From Chloropicon primus (Eukaryota), in assembly GCA_023205875.1 (NCBI GenBank), contig CP060754.1:992001-1056000 (forward strand): DNA of 64,000 nt, written 5' to 3'. Below the pieces are notes generated by a model. That model had not been told where the DNA came from. It was given only the letters and a program-made list of their open reading frames with translations, and searched no databases. Position 1 is the first letter of the stretch, and each line of letters opens with the position of its first letter. A program made the translations under genes and the position numbers. Shown in pieces: positions 52,087 through 62,272 of this stretch.

Positions 52087-54366
52087 TCAGTCGCCACCCA
52101 AGTAGTCTCTCTTGTAGCTTTCGGCCATCCTGCTCTTTATTCCGGAGATGATGTTCGAGACCTGGTCAGGAGTCAGTTCTGTAGGAAGGTCGGCGAGAAT
52201 GTTCGCCCGGTCCCTGTCCCTGTCCCTCTCCACCTGGCTCATGTGCTTAAGCCTTCGAGGCGTTTGCACCAGCTTTGGCTGAGTGCCGTGGGCCTGGTCT
52301 TCCAGCATCCTCGCCTCCTTCACCTCCTCCTTCGAATCGTCCCACACGAAGATCATGACAGGGTGCTCTGGCTTGAACGTGGAGACAGCGATAACGTGCT
52401 CGTAGGGGCTCCACGATATGCACGTGATCGGGTTCCCGGCGTTGACAATGTGCTGCAACTGGACCACTTGGCCGTGCTCAATGTTCCACATGAAGGTCCT
52501 GCCGTCCTCCGAGCCGGAGATGATGTACCTCTCGTCAGGGCTCACGGCGAACTGGATGTGGGTCCTCAAGCACTTGATCCCGTGGTACTGCCTGCCCACG
52601 GTGAAGACGCCGAGATCGATGGAACACAAGTTGCTCCTTTTCGTGAGCACGAGGAGCTTCCTCTTCGAGGACAGCGTCTGGATGCAAGATATGGGCTCGC
52701 CCTCCAAGTCCTTATTGACTCTGATGAACTTCAAGCACGATGAGTTCCCTTCCCTGGTGTTGAACAGGAACTCCTTGATGACCCCTTTCCCGTCGCCCGC
52801 GTAAAGGTACTTGCCGTAGACGTCAAAGGCCACGGTATTGATGTGGCTCTTGAAGCCGTGGACCGTCTGCAGCAGCTCCCCGGAGAGGGCGTCCCACACC
52901 CTGATGCCGTGGTCGAATGCCCCTGTCACCACAAGATGCGATTCCGTCCCCATGGCGGGGTGGAACTTGGCGGTGTACACAAAGGTGAGGTGCTGCAGGG
53001 TGGACACGGGCTGGCAGTGCCCGTCAGAGCCCACGCCGTCAAAAGGAGCCCACACCTTCGCCGTGTGGTCCGAGGAGGCGGTCACGAGGTACTTGTCGTT
53101 GCTCGACCACGAGATCTCGTAGATGGTGTCGTGGTGCACGGTCAGCACCGCCTCCTCGCTGAGGGTCTGCAAGTTGAAGATTCTCACGCTGTAAAGAGAA
53201 AGGTCCGCGCAGGCCACCGCGATGAACTTGCCCTGGTTGGCAAAGGCCACGTACGTGGTCCCCCTCGCAGAGTCGGCGAGGTACTGGCCCAGCGAGTTTG
53301 GGATCTTGCAGAGCTCGTGGGCCTTCCGGGCCGGCAAATCAAAGAGTATTGGCAGCTCACCATTCGCATCGCTGCCAGTTTCGCTCTCGGACTCCTTCTT
53401 AGAAAATCCAAGGACTCGGCTCACTTGCCTCAGCAGCCTCGGCGTCTCCACGAGCTTCTTTTGCGTCACTTTCTCCAGGCTCACGTACATCGTCGCGTTG
53501 TACTTTTGCCTGTTCTTCCTGTTCCAGTACTCGAACGCTTTGCAGACAGGTTGCTCGCCCTGAGGGGAGCAAGCGTTGCTCGTGCGGCCCTTGTACTCGT
53601 ACAGCTGCAACCGCAGGTGGCCGAGGTTCAGAGTCTCGTCGGCGCTCTTGAGCTTGAGAAACGCCCAAGCTATCGGAATCTCCTGCTTGGGCCGCTTCGA
53701 GAAGCACAGGATGCCGCCGTTGTCCAACGTGGTCAGCACGGGTTGGAGAATCTCGAAAACGATGAGACTGTTTTGCTGCTGCAGGACTTCCACGTCCTGG
53801 GGAAAGGTCGCGCTCGCGTTCCAGGTGGCCGCGAGCTTGGGAAACGGCAGGTTCTTCAGTATGCACTGCCCTGTCTGTGCGGGGGGTATCACGTTCGGCG
53901 GAACCCGCTCCTTGAGCAGCCTCATGGTCTTCTGCTTGCCCTTCCTCTCGAAGTTGGATATGTCGAACGAGCTCATGAAGCCCAAGTACTGGCCGGTCTC
54001 GGCGTCCAGGACAGACACCCTGACTATGGGCGAGGACAGGTCCTTGCGGGGGACGAGGGTGTCCACGTGGTTCACGCTCACGGAAAGAAAGCTCTGTTCC
54101 GTCTCGTTCCTCATTGTCTCCGGCTCCGCGTCCCCAGCCGGCCCCGCGTCCACAGGCAGGGACAGCCTCCTAGGCTGCCCTTCCTCGCCAGCACTCGCCA
54201 GCTGCGGAGCCATCTGAACGCCCCGAAACCCCGTGCCCCTGTTCTCCTTGTCCACCACCAGCGCTGGCCTCACCTCTCTTCCGGTGTCTCCTTTCTCTGC
54301 GCTGGTCGAGGCCAGCCAGGAGTTCTCCTTCCGTTCCAAGGCCTCCGCCTTCCCGTTCGACCCCAT
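52087..54366 (-). CDS. Jouberin/AHI1-like C2 + WD40 protein
   Basis: P.VRVSV.D..TGQY, IAWAFLKL…LRLQLY, H…IYEI.WS, H..FVYTAKFHP, multiple WD repeats. Confidence 0.8.
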   Translation of the reverse strand: MGSNGKAEALERKENSWLASTSAEKGDTGREVRPALVVDKENRGTGFRGVQMAPQLASAGEEGQPRRLSLPVDAGPAGDAEPETMRNETEQSFLSVSVNHVDTLVPRKDLSSPIVRVSVLDAETGQYLGFMSSFDISNFERKGKQKTMRLLKERVPPNVIPPAQTGQCILKNLPFPKLAATWNASATFPQDVEVLQQQNSLIVFEILQPVLTTLDNGGILCFSKRPKQEIPIAWAFLKLKSADETLNLGHLRLQLYEYKGRTSNACSPQGEQPVCKAFEYWNRKNRQKYNATMYVSLEKVTQKKLVETPRLLRQVSRVLGFSKKESESETGSDANGELPILFDLPARKAHELCKIPNSLGQYLADSARGTTYVAFANQGKFIAVACADLSLYSVRIFNLQTLSEEAVLTVHHDTIYEISWSSNDKYLVTASSDHTAKVWAPFDGVGSDGHCQPVSTLQHLTFVYTAKFHPAMGTESHLVVTGAFDHGIRVWDALSGELLQTVHGFKSHINTVAFDVYGKYLYAGDGKGVIKEFLFNTREGNSSCLKFIRVNKDLEGEPISCIQTLSSKRKLLVLTKRSNLCSIDLGVFTVGRQYHGIKCLRTHIQFAVSPDERYIISGSEDGRTFMWNIEHGQVVQLQHIVNAGNPITCISWSPYEHVIAVSTFKPEHPVMIFVWDDSKEEVKEARMLEDQAHGTQPKLVQTPRRLKHMSQVERDRDRDRANILADLPTELTPDQVSNIISGIKSRMAESYKRDYLGGD

Positions 54367-54693
54367 CTGTCCAAAGATGCCTCCTTTATCCTCCCCCCTC
54401 TCTCCCCGTACCCAACCTTGCTCGCCCCGTCCGTACCACCACCACCACCTTGGCTTCCCTCCTCTCCGCTTCAATCGTCAATGGCGGGAGACCGGATTCA
54501 AAAAAAAAAAAAAACAATGATGGAAGAGGGAGCGATTGGAGAGGGGGGGGAATGAGGAGGATCTCTTCGCCTTCACCCGTGTTGGTCCGCCTGGCGGACT
54601 TGCACAGGCTCAGTGGAAGGAGAGAGAGGGAACGCAAAGATAAAAAAAAATTGTGGTGGCGGTGCTTGTGGTAGGTCTTGAGACTCGATTAAA

Positions 54694-55650
54694 TCACTGC
54701 GCCTTGTTCTTCTTCCTCAGGGCTCTCCTGCGAATATCAGTCGTCATGCCGATTCTCATCTTGTCCATGAAGGACACGGGCAACGCCGAGATGAGGGCCC
54801 AAATTATGGAGTGGCTCCAGTAAGGCGATGTCCTCACTTCGTACCCGATGGCTCTCAAGCCAGCCTTGGCGTACCCCTTTGGGCTGGGCACGGTGACGGA
54901 GGCCCTCCTGATCTTGGACATTTTCGAGACCACGAAGAGGGGGGCCTGGACTTGCACGTCGATGTTGTGCTTCGAGTACTCCACCGAGAGGGACTTGGAG
55001 AACTGGTCGACGTAGGCCTTGGTTCCCGCGTAGACGCTGTACAGCGGGTCGGACGGCAACACGGTCGCCGCCCCACTCCCAATGTTCACGATGGCCCCCT
55101 TGCCCCTCTTCACCATTCCGGGGAGTACGTACTTGGTCATCCTGGTAGTGCAGTCCACATTCACGGTGATCAGCTGCTTGACAACGTCCTCGTCGAGCTC
55201 GTGCAGGTACTGGGCGTGGGGGTAACTCACCCCGACGTTGTTGAACAGCATTCCGACGTCGATGGACTCGATCTTCGCCTTCACCTGCTTCCACTTGGCC
55301 TGCGTCGCGTTCGCGAAGTCGACCGCGACGTAGTCGACATCAACGCCCTTCTTCTCGAGATCCGCGGCGAGGTCTTGGAGCTTGGACTCCGTCCTCGAGA
55401 TCAGGAGAAGGGGGAACCCCATCTTCGCCAGCTCTTCGCAGAAGGCCTTCCCAATCCCATCCGTGCAGCCCGTGACCACCACATAGCCGCCGTACTTCTT
55501 CTTTAGGTTCTTCCCCGGTCGCAGGAACGTCCTGTACAGGAACCCCAAAACTTCCAACCCATACTTGACAACAAAAAGCGTCGCGAGCGCCTTGGCCAAC
55601 CTCGCCACCTGCCCGTCCTCCATGCTCACCATCGTCACTCCCTCGAACAT
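54694..55650 (-). CDS. Very-long-chain 3-oxoacyl-CoA reductase (KCR1/HSD17B12 family)
   Basis: VVTGCTDGIGK, NNVGVSY, PSDPLYSVYAGTK, IDVQVQAPLFV.SKM, DIRRRAL. Confidence 0.92.
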   Translation of the reverse strand: MFEGVTMVSMEDGQVARLAKALATLFVVKYGLEVLGFLYRTFLRPGKNLKKKYGGYVVVTGCTDGIGKAFCEELAKMGFPLLLISRTESKLQDLAADLEKKGVDVDYVAVDFANATQAKWKQVKAKIESIDVGMLFNNVGVSYPHAQYLHELDEDVVKQLITVNVDCTTRMTKYVLPGMVKRGKGAIVNIGSGAATVLPSDPLYSVYAGTKAYVDQFSKSLSVEYSKHNIDVQVQAPLFVVSKMSKIRRASVTVPSPKGYAKAGLRAIGYEVRTSPYWSHSIIWALISALPVSFMDKMRIGMTTDIRRRALRKKNKAQ

Positions 55651-55825
55651 CTCCCTCTCCCCTCCTCTCTCTCCCTCTCCTCCCTCCTCTCTCTCTCTCT
55701 CTCTCGAACGCGCGCTCGTCAGCTCACTCCGCTCTGAGAGAGAGAGAGAGAGAGAGCGGCGATCGGATCGGCGGCGATTGAAGAGGAGGGGAGAGAGAGA
55801 GGTTGTGTATTGTTTGAGGAAGGGG

Positions 55826-56878
55826 ATGGGGAAGGCAGAGGCGTTGGTGGTGACGGAGGAGTTGATGGGTGGAAGAGGGGCGGGGTCGTCGTCTTCGGCG
55901 GTGGCGTACGACGAGGCGCTGCTGGAAATTGACGAGGGGAACTTACTGGTGTGCGACCCGAGTCCTGTGGACAAGGAGGCGTTGATTCGGGACGCGGAGG
56001 GAGCCTGTAAGGAGATGGCGACGGGAATGGCTCAGGCTCTGGTGAAGAGGCTCTTCACGTTTCCCTCGACCCCCGCGGTGGGGGGCCGGACGGTGGAGCT
56101 GCCCAAGCCGAAGACTCTGCTGCCCAGGTTCAAGCCCGTGCCGAAGCCAAAGCCTCTGACCCGGTGGGAGAAGTTCGCCAAGGAGAAGGGAATCGTGAAG
56201 AGGAAGAGGGACAAGTATACCTTCGACGAGCACACGAACGAGTTCAAGAGGAGATACGGCTACGACCGTGTGAATGACATCAACGACGTTGCCATTATCG
56301 AGGCGAAGAGCTCTGACAAGCTGGGGGAGGATCCTTTCTCCAACCACAAGAAGGAAAAGAGGGAGAGGGTGAAGAGGCAGGAAGAGAGGCGCCTGACGAA
56401 CTTGAAGAACGCTGCCAAGCAAGGGGGAAAGAAGGCTCTGCCTGCGACGGTGAGCCTGGCGCGGGCGCTGCCGAGCACGGACGACTACCTCTCGGCCGGA
56501 TCGACCTCGGGCTTCCCGAAGGGCAGAAAGAAGGCCGACAGGAAGGACCTCCTCGAGGGAGCTCTGGCCGCTTCCGAGTCCACGGCCTCGATGGGAAAAT
56601 TTGACAGAAAATCGAAGCTCGACAAGCGCATGTCAAGCAAGAAGGGGAAGAGGCAGCAGTTTGCTCCCGTGGTGGGCAAAGGCAAGTCCACCATCTCTGA
56701 GGTGGAGAGGGACATGATTGAGGAGACGGTGAGGAAAGTCATCAGCAAGGGGTCCAAGCCAATCCTCGACGTGAACAAGGCCGTCAAGCAGATCGACCCG
56801 CGATCTTTGAGGGTCAAAAAGGCCAAGACTCCGAAGAAGAAGTCGAAGAAGGCGAGGGAAAGGGAGAGCGAAAACTAA
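55826..56878 (+). CDS. RRS1: Ribosome biogenesis regulatory protein
   Basis: D.GNLL..D, LPR.KP.PKPK..TRWEKFAKEKGI.K, RRYGY, STASMGKFD. Confidence 0.92.
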   Translation: MGKAEALVVTEELMGGRGAGSSSSAVAYDEALLEIDEGNLLVCDPSPVDKEALIRDAEGACKEMATGMAQALVKRLFTFPSTPAVGGRTVELPKPKTLLPRFKPVPKPKPLTRWEKFAKEKGIVKRKRDKYTFDEHTNEFKRRYGYDRVNDINDVAIIEAKSSDKLGEDPFSNHKKEKRERVKRQEERRLTNLKNAAKQGGKKALPATVSLARALPSTDDYLSAGSTSGFPKGRKKADRKDLLEGALAASESTASMGKFDRKSKLDKRMSSKKGKRQQFAPVVGKGKSTISEVERDMIEETVRKVISKGSKPILDVNKAVKQIDPRSLRVKKAKTPKKKSKKARERESEN

Positions 56879-56971
56879 AAGACAACCGAATCGGGCTCGC
56901 CCAGCTTTTGGCCGATTTCGGCTTTCTCTGTAATCTAATCGATTGATTATACAATCTACGACGGGCTTTCC

Positions 56972-58045
56972 TCATGTCAGGGTTTCCTCGTGGGACTCCT
57001 TGGACTTCCTCCTCTTCGAGTCTGGATTCTCCGCGATGAACAAGTCCTTTGTCATGCCCAGGGCCTGCGCGTCCTGGGCCACCGATGATCTCTTCAGATT
57101 CGCCTTGGCCCTCTGCTTTTGCCTCTGCTTCTCGGCCTGCTGCTTCTTGTACTGCTCGCTCGACGGGTCGTACACAGGGTTGCGGCAGAGCTTGAGCTTC
57201 CTGTCGATCTCTTTCAGTACGCTCTCCTCCATCAGGGACTTCGACCCGCTCTGCCCCAGCTTGTGAATCTCTTGGATGGTCTCCGCCAGCTTGCCGGCCT
57301 CGGTCCCCGTGGCCTTCTGCAGGTGGGACAAGTACTTCCCCAAGACCTCCTTCTCCTTGCCGATGGCCTTCGTGCCGACCTCGAGGGCCGCGTAGGCGAG
57401 GAGGCCCGGAGCGTACATCAAAGGGGCATCCGAGAAGAGCAAGGCGTCTATGGACTCAGAACCCTTCTTTCTGAGCACTTCCGCCAGGGCCTCCGCCCTC
57501 TCGCAGTCCCAGCCGAAGGACTCCTGGGCGAAGGTGTCGAAATCGTACATCAGACCATTCAAAGCCGAGTACGGCGTAAAGACCTGTAGGTCGAACTCGA
57601 GCCCCTGAAGCAGATTCATCTCAGTCCCCAAAACGATCTTCTCCACGAGGCGGGCGTCACGCTGCACCCCCTTGGCGATCTCCTCGGCCGCTATGTATTG
57701 GTTCTCGCACTTGCAGGCAAGGTACACGCACGTTACCATGATTCTCCAAGGCTCGTGGTCCAGGACAGTGAACTTGAGGTAAAAGCGCTTGAAGTACACC
57801 AAGCTTATCGCCAGGATCTTCCTCGGCATCCGGAAGAGCTGGCATATCTTGCTCAAGGTCCTCTCGTAGTACGAAAGCAGCTGCTTCTGCTCCTCCAACG
57901 ACACGAGGCTCGACGTGGACACGGCCTCCGGCTTGTACCTCTCAATCTCGGAAACGGACTTCTCGTACCGGGACGCTCTCCTCCCCTCGAGATCCGCCCC
58001 AGACAGCAGCCACCGAAGCTTGTGCGACGACGTCTTAAAGTTCAT
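56972..58045 (-). CDS. Cyclin H
   Basis: F.TSSH..RW, YFKRFYL, IMVTCVYLACK.E, E..LLQGLEFDL.VF.PY, KLK.C.NP. Confidence 0.88.
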   Translation of the reverse strand: MNFKTSSHKLRWLLSGADLEGRRASRYEKSVSEIERYKPEAVSTSSLVSLEEQKQLLSYYERTLSKICQLFRMPRKILAISLVYFKRFYLKFTVLDHEPWRIMVTCVYLACKCENQYIAAEEIAKGVQRDARLVEKIVLGTEMNLLQGLEFDLQVFTPYSALNGLMYDFDTFAQESFGWDCERAEALAEVLRKKGSESIDALLFSDAPLMYAPGLLAYAALEVGTKAIGKEKEVLGKYLSHLQKATGTEAGKLAETIQEIHKLGQSGSKSLMEESVLKEIDRKLKLCRNPVYDPSSEQYKKQQAEKQRQKQRAKANLKRSSVAQDAQALGMTKDLFIAENPDSKRRKSKESHEETLT

Positions 58046-58379
58046 CTCCCTCCTCCCCTCCGTCCAGCAGTAAAACCTCTGCCCCCCCCCCGACTTCGAC
58101 CCTCCCACTCCTCTCGCCCGAGGTATTTGAATGACAAAACCTTCCCTTCCTTCCTTCCGAGAGAGGGATCCCTCGAGCCGCAAAACAAAGCACGTCCACC
58201 GATGGGGTATAAAGCCCCCGTCCTACGTCTTCATTCTGCCTCACTCCCTCGTCCCCTCACCCCTTCGGCACGGATAAGGATGTTGGGTGGAACTATGGAT
58301 CGGCCTCGCCTCCTCGCCTCCTCGCCTCCTCGCCGAACTTGAATCGATCGTCGGAGAGATCCTTGTTCTGCTGGGCGCG

Positions 58380-59219
58380 ATGGCTGCTGCAGCGGCAGGG
58401 AAGGAGGAGGAGGAGTTGACGAGTGCGCCATGGGGGCCGGTGGGGAGGTCGTTCGTGTTGGGAGCGACGGCGTTGGTCGCTCAGGTGTATCTGGACGTGT
58501 TCAACACGACCAAGGTGCACAACGTGAAGAAACTTTACGAGCATTTGTATACGAGGCCCAAGGGGGAAGGGCTGCTGACGGTGAGCAATCACATATCGAC
58601 GGTGGACGACCCGAGCCTATTCTGTGCTTTCCTGCCCCTGTCGTTCTTCTTCACGGAGCACGAGCACGAGAGGACGCGGTGGACGATGTGCGCCAAGGAG
58701 TTCTGCTTCAAGAACGCGGTGCTGTCGGCGTACTTTCAGAACGGGAAGGTGCTGCCCATCGAGAGGGGCTTGGGGCTCGGGCAGCCCACGGTGAGTGCGC
58801 TGACGCACAAGCTGTCGCAGGGAGATTGGGTTCACATCTTTCCCGAGGGAAAGATATCGAGAACGCAGAAGCTTGGGCCGATGAAGTGGGGGACTGCCAA
58901 GATCCTGTGCGAGGGGGAGGTGGATAAGGCGGACCCAATCGTCTTGCCGTTCTACCACAAGGGGCTCGACAAGGTGCTGCCGATTGGCTCAAAGGTTCCA
59001 AGGGTGGGTCAAAAGAACACCGTGGTGGTGGGCGAGCCGGTCGAGTTCGGGGACTTGCTGCAAAGGTGCAAGAAAAACCACCAGAAGAGGAAAGAGAGCA
59101 AGGGGGGAGAAGACTCACGGCTGGAGCAACGGGAAAAGCAGTACTACAGGGAGATCATGGACAAGATCGGGAAGAGCCTTCTTGGCCTGGAGAAGGAGTG
59201 CGAGAGCCTCCACAAGTGA
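58380..59219 (+). CDS. Tafazzin-family phospholipid acyltransferase
   Basis: LLTVSNHISTVDDP, RWTMCAKEFCF, G.VLPIERG.G, GDWVHIFPEG, KWG. Confidence 0.9.
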   Translation: MAAAAAGKEEEELTSAPWGPVGRSFVLGATALVAQVYLDVFNTTKVHNVKKLYEHLYTRPKGEGLLTVSNHISTVDDPSLFCAFLPLSFFFTEHEHERTRWTMCAKEFCFKNAVLSAYFQNGKVLPIERGLGLGQPTVSALTHKLSQGDWVHIFPEGKISRTQKLGPMKWGTAKILCEGEVDKADPIVLPFYHKGLDKVLPIGSKVPRVGQKNTVVVGEPVEFGDLLQRCKKNHQKRKESKGGEDSRLEQREKQYYREIMDKIGKSLLGLEKECESLHK

Positions 59220-59386
59220 ATCAAATAGCTGTACGAAAGTCGCTGGGCATAAAGTTAATACAATAAAAATATTTTATAAGTTTTATATTTCTTTCCAACA
59301 CATGGCACGGTCGAGTTCTGTGTCTTTCTCTTAGGCTTCGTCTCTTCCCCGGCTCCTTTCCTTGGCACCGTCATGCTTTTCTTTCT

Positions 59387-60970
59387 TTATACTACATGGC
59401 TCAGACCTCTCCTCGATCTGAGGTGACTTCTGCTCGCCCGCCCTCTCGCGAAAGAGGACCTGTACCGATAGCCCAGGCAAGGCAAGCCCATGATGACGAT
59501 CCCAGAGAAAAGCTTGACGTAGGGAAACATGGTGGGTTTTGGTTCGTTCGGTCCGGGCGTCGTGCTGGTGTTCTCAACAGCACTCACGGCGACTCCCCCT
59601 TTCCCGCTTCCGCCCCTTCGCATTCTGCTTTGCGCCCCCTCTCCTCTCGGAGCAGCTGCGCCTCCGCCCCGTGCCCCGCCCCCGGCCGACGTGGGAGGCT
59701 CAGAGGGCTTCTCCGCGCGGAGTGTGGTTCGCTCGCCGGGGCGAACCTCACCGGCTAGAGTCACCCCCTCGGACACCTCCTGACTCCTCCACTCAACGCG
59801 CAGGGAGTAGTTCCCAGCGGGGACAGGGTAGTGGACGCTGTGTGTGGTCTTGCTCCTGAACTCCACCGGGCTCCCCATCTCTGGGTTGAGCATCCTCACA
59901 AGGACGCTCTCCTCCTTCGAACCAGGGGGAAAGTCCACCTGGACCGTCAGGCCTTGCTCGAGATGGGCTTTCATGTACGCGTACATGGACGGCCTGTGCT
60001 GACTCCACAACGAGGGAAGCGTGCTCTGACTGGGCCACTTGTTGTCACTCATCTCGACGGTTGTGAAGTACACCTTGTTCTTGAGGTAGAAGAAGTCCTG
60101 AAGGCCACCCCAAAGCGGGTACCAACTCGAACCTTGGATGATGCCGTTTTGGAACAAGCCTTCATCCGCGCCAATGCCAGTGCTCGCTGCCATTTCAGGC
60201 TGCACTTCCACGTACCGCTTTGCGAGGTACAGGTACAGCTCGTTGTCCGGGGTCGGGTTGGGGGACCTCGTTCCGTCCCTGTTGCCGTCAAAGGGCACCA
60301 CCATCACCAGAGCACCGCCGTGAAGGTGGGTGGCGCCAACCAGAGAGTTCCCGAGCAGATCAATGTAATTCATCAGCGCAATCGTCTCTGGCTCCTCCTT
60401 TCCAGTGAGCTCAGGAAACCTGGGCTCCTTGATCGGATCAGGGAAGTTGCGGTTCAGGTCCACATCGTTCGCGTTCCCCCTCTTCCGCAAATCAAACCCA
60501 TCGGGGTTCATCGCAAAGAGCAAGTGGACCGTCCCCCCCGCGAGAATGGCCCCGATCTCGGGATCCGCGTCAGACCTCCCGGCCCCAAGGCACAGCTCCT
60601 CCGCGAGGTAAATCATGAGCTGCCGGCCCACGGGCTCGTCGCCGTGGACACCCCCGATGAAGAGGAAGCTCGGCGACAGGGAGGACGGGGAAACGCCCGG
60701 CCGTGGGAAGGCGTCGGGCTTTGTGGACACGGTCAGGGACCACATTTGCTTTCCCAGGACGCTTTGCCCCACGTTGTACGCCTTGCAGTGCTTGGGGTTC
60801 TTGGCCTGCATCTGCCGCACGAACTCCCCGATCTGGTCATTCGACCAGTACGTCCAGCGTTCTGAATCTGTTGGCAAGGGGACAGCCGACTCGCCAGAGC
60901 ACGTGGCGACGAGCAGGTTCAAAACCAACAAGGTGCCGACGAGGCGCTGGGACGAGGTCCCGCTCCTCAT
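59387..60970 (-). CDS. M14B zinc carboxypeptidase (CPD/SOL1-like), type I membrane protein
   Basis: Signal peptide, HGDE, NPDG, R.NA..VDLNRNFPD, LHGGA, WYPL.GG.QD..Y, TVEMS..KWP, C-terminal TM helix. Confidence 0.9.
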   Translation of the reverse strand: MRSGTSSQRLVGTLLVLNLLVATCSGESAVPLPTDSERWTYWSNDQIGEFVRQMQAKNPKHCKAYNVGQSVLGKQMWSLTVSTKPDAFPRPGVSPSSLSPSFLFIGGVHGDEPVGRQLMIYLAEELCLGAGRSDADPEIGAILAGGTVHLLFAMNPDGFDLRKRGNANDVDLNRNFPDPIKEPRFPELTGKEEPETIALMNYIDLLGNSLVGATHLHGGALVMVVPFDGNRDGTRSPNPTPDNELYLYLAKRYVEVQPEMAASTGIGADEGLFQNGIIQGSSWYPLWGGLQDFFYLKNKVYFTTVEMSDNKWPSQSTLPSLWSQHRPSMYAYMKAHLEQGLTVQVDFPPGSKEESVLVRMLNPEMGSPVEFRSKTTHSVHYPVPAGNYSLRVEWRSQEVSEGVTLAGEVRPGERTTLRAEKPSEPPTSAGGGARGGGAAAPRGEGAQSRMRRGGSGKGGVAVSAVENTSTTPGPNEPKPTMFPYVKLFSGIVIMGLPCLGYRYRSSFARGRASRSHLRSRRGLSHVV

Positions 60971-61316
60971 CGCTCCCGTCGTTGCACAATTCCTGTGTTT
61001 GGGGGCAAGAGCAAATGAGAACAAGGTAGATTTGAGCCATCAGTACAAGTGAGATCGGTGAAATAGTAAGCCGAAGTCTCAATGCAGACGGAATGGCTTG
61101 GCAGAGGTCTCCCACGACGCCAAAACGGCGCGGGGAGCGCAAAAGGTTCCACCAAACTTTGCTTTTCCAGAGGAGTAACGGATCGAAAACACGACAAGGC
61201 GGGGCTTGAACAACAAGTGACCCAGTCCTCGAACCTGACTAGCCTCTGGAGTCACCGGCGCGGCGAACGAGAAAACGGGCGAGTGGGACCCCAAGACTTA
61301 CCCTCGAGACGCAGAA

Positions 61317-61646
61317 CTAGAGCACCAAGGTCAACCACGCTGCGATAAGAGACATACCGCCGACCGGTGCAAGCTTGCCAAACTCCCTGTTCTCTGACAA
61401 CGCTGTCGCGTAGCAGCTCCCCGAGAAGAGCAGAATTCCCCCGGAGCACAAGCCTCCGAACAGGTTCGGTCTCTTGCTCAACGGAGCCGTCGCAAGAAGG
61501 GCGGAGTGCAACAAATGATACTGGTTCCCAGTCCTATATACCTCCTTATAGACCGCGTTCTCGGGCTTGAACCCGTGCGCACCGTAAGCACCCAAACCCA
61601 CCGCAAGAGCCCCTGACAATCCAGCCACCTTCCTCCACCCTGACAT
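61317..61646 (-). CDS. TMEM256/DUF423 family membrane protein
   Basis: SGALAVGLGAYGAHG, YHLLHS, GILLFSGSCY, AP.GG..LI.AW. Confidence 0.9.
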   Translation of the reverse strand: MSGWRKVAGLSGALAVGLGAYGAHGFKPENAVYKEVYRTGNQYHLLHSALLATAPLSKRPNLFGGLCSGGILLFSGSCYATALSENREFGKLAPVGGMSLIAAWLTLVL

Positions 61647-62272
61647 CACCCGCCCCGTACCCTCTCCTCTCTCTTCCACAACGCAGCAGCAGCAGCAGCA
61701 GGAGCAAAAGAAGAAGAAGAAAAAAGAGTTCGTGGTGTTTCAGTCGAAAGAAAAGAAGAAGAAGAAGAAGAAGAAGAAAAGAAAAAACGAACGCGAAGCG
61801 AAGCTCACTTCCACCTCCTTCCCCCTTCCACCCTCCGGGCAAACCAAACCAAACCAAACCAAACCTCACCTTTGATCGCCAAGGGTTCGGGTTTGTCTCC
61901 GTCTCCGCTCTCATCTGATAATAATCCGGAGGACGCCTCTGAGCCACAAAGTCAAGAGGACAGTCGTCATCGTCATCGTCGTCGTCTTCGTAGGAGGAGG
62001 AGGAGGTGTGTCGTAGGGCGTCTGGCGTATTGTCCGCACGCACCGTGTGATCACTGATCCGCTTGATCTTCTTCTCCAAGCAAAGGACCTTTTGCTTTCT
62101 CCACGAGTCCGCTCCCTCGTTCTCGATCCTTGGGTGGGGTAGGGAGTGTGGGGCCTCATCATCGGACATCGTGGTGGTGTCCTTGCTCCAGGGGATACGG
62201 TTTCGGTTTCATTGCTCGGCGCCGCTCCGGAGGGAACGAGAGGCATCCAATATTGGAAGCACTTCGACTCTG

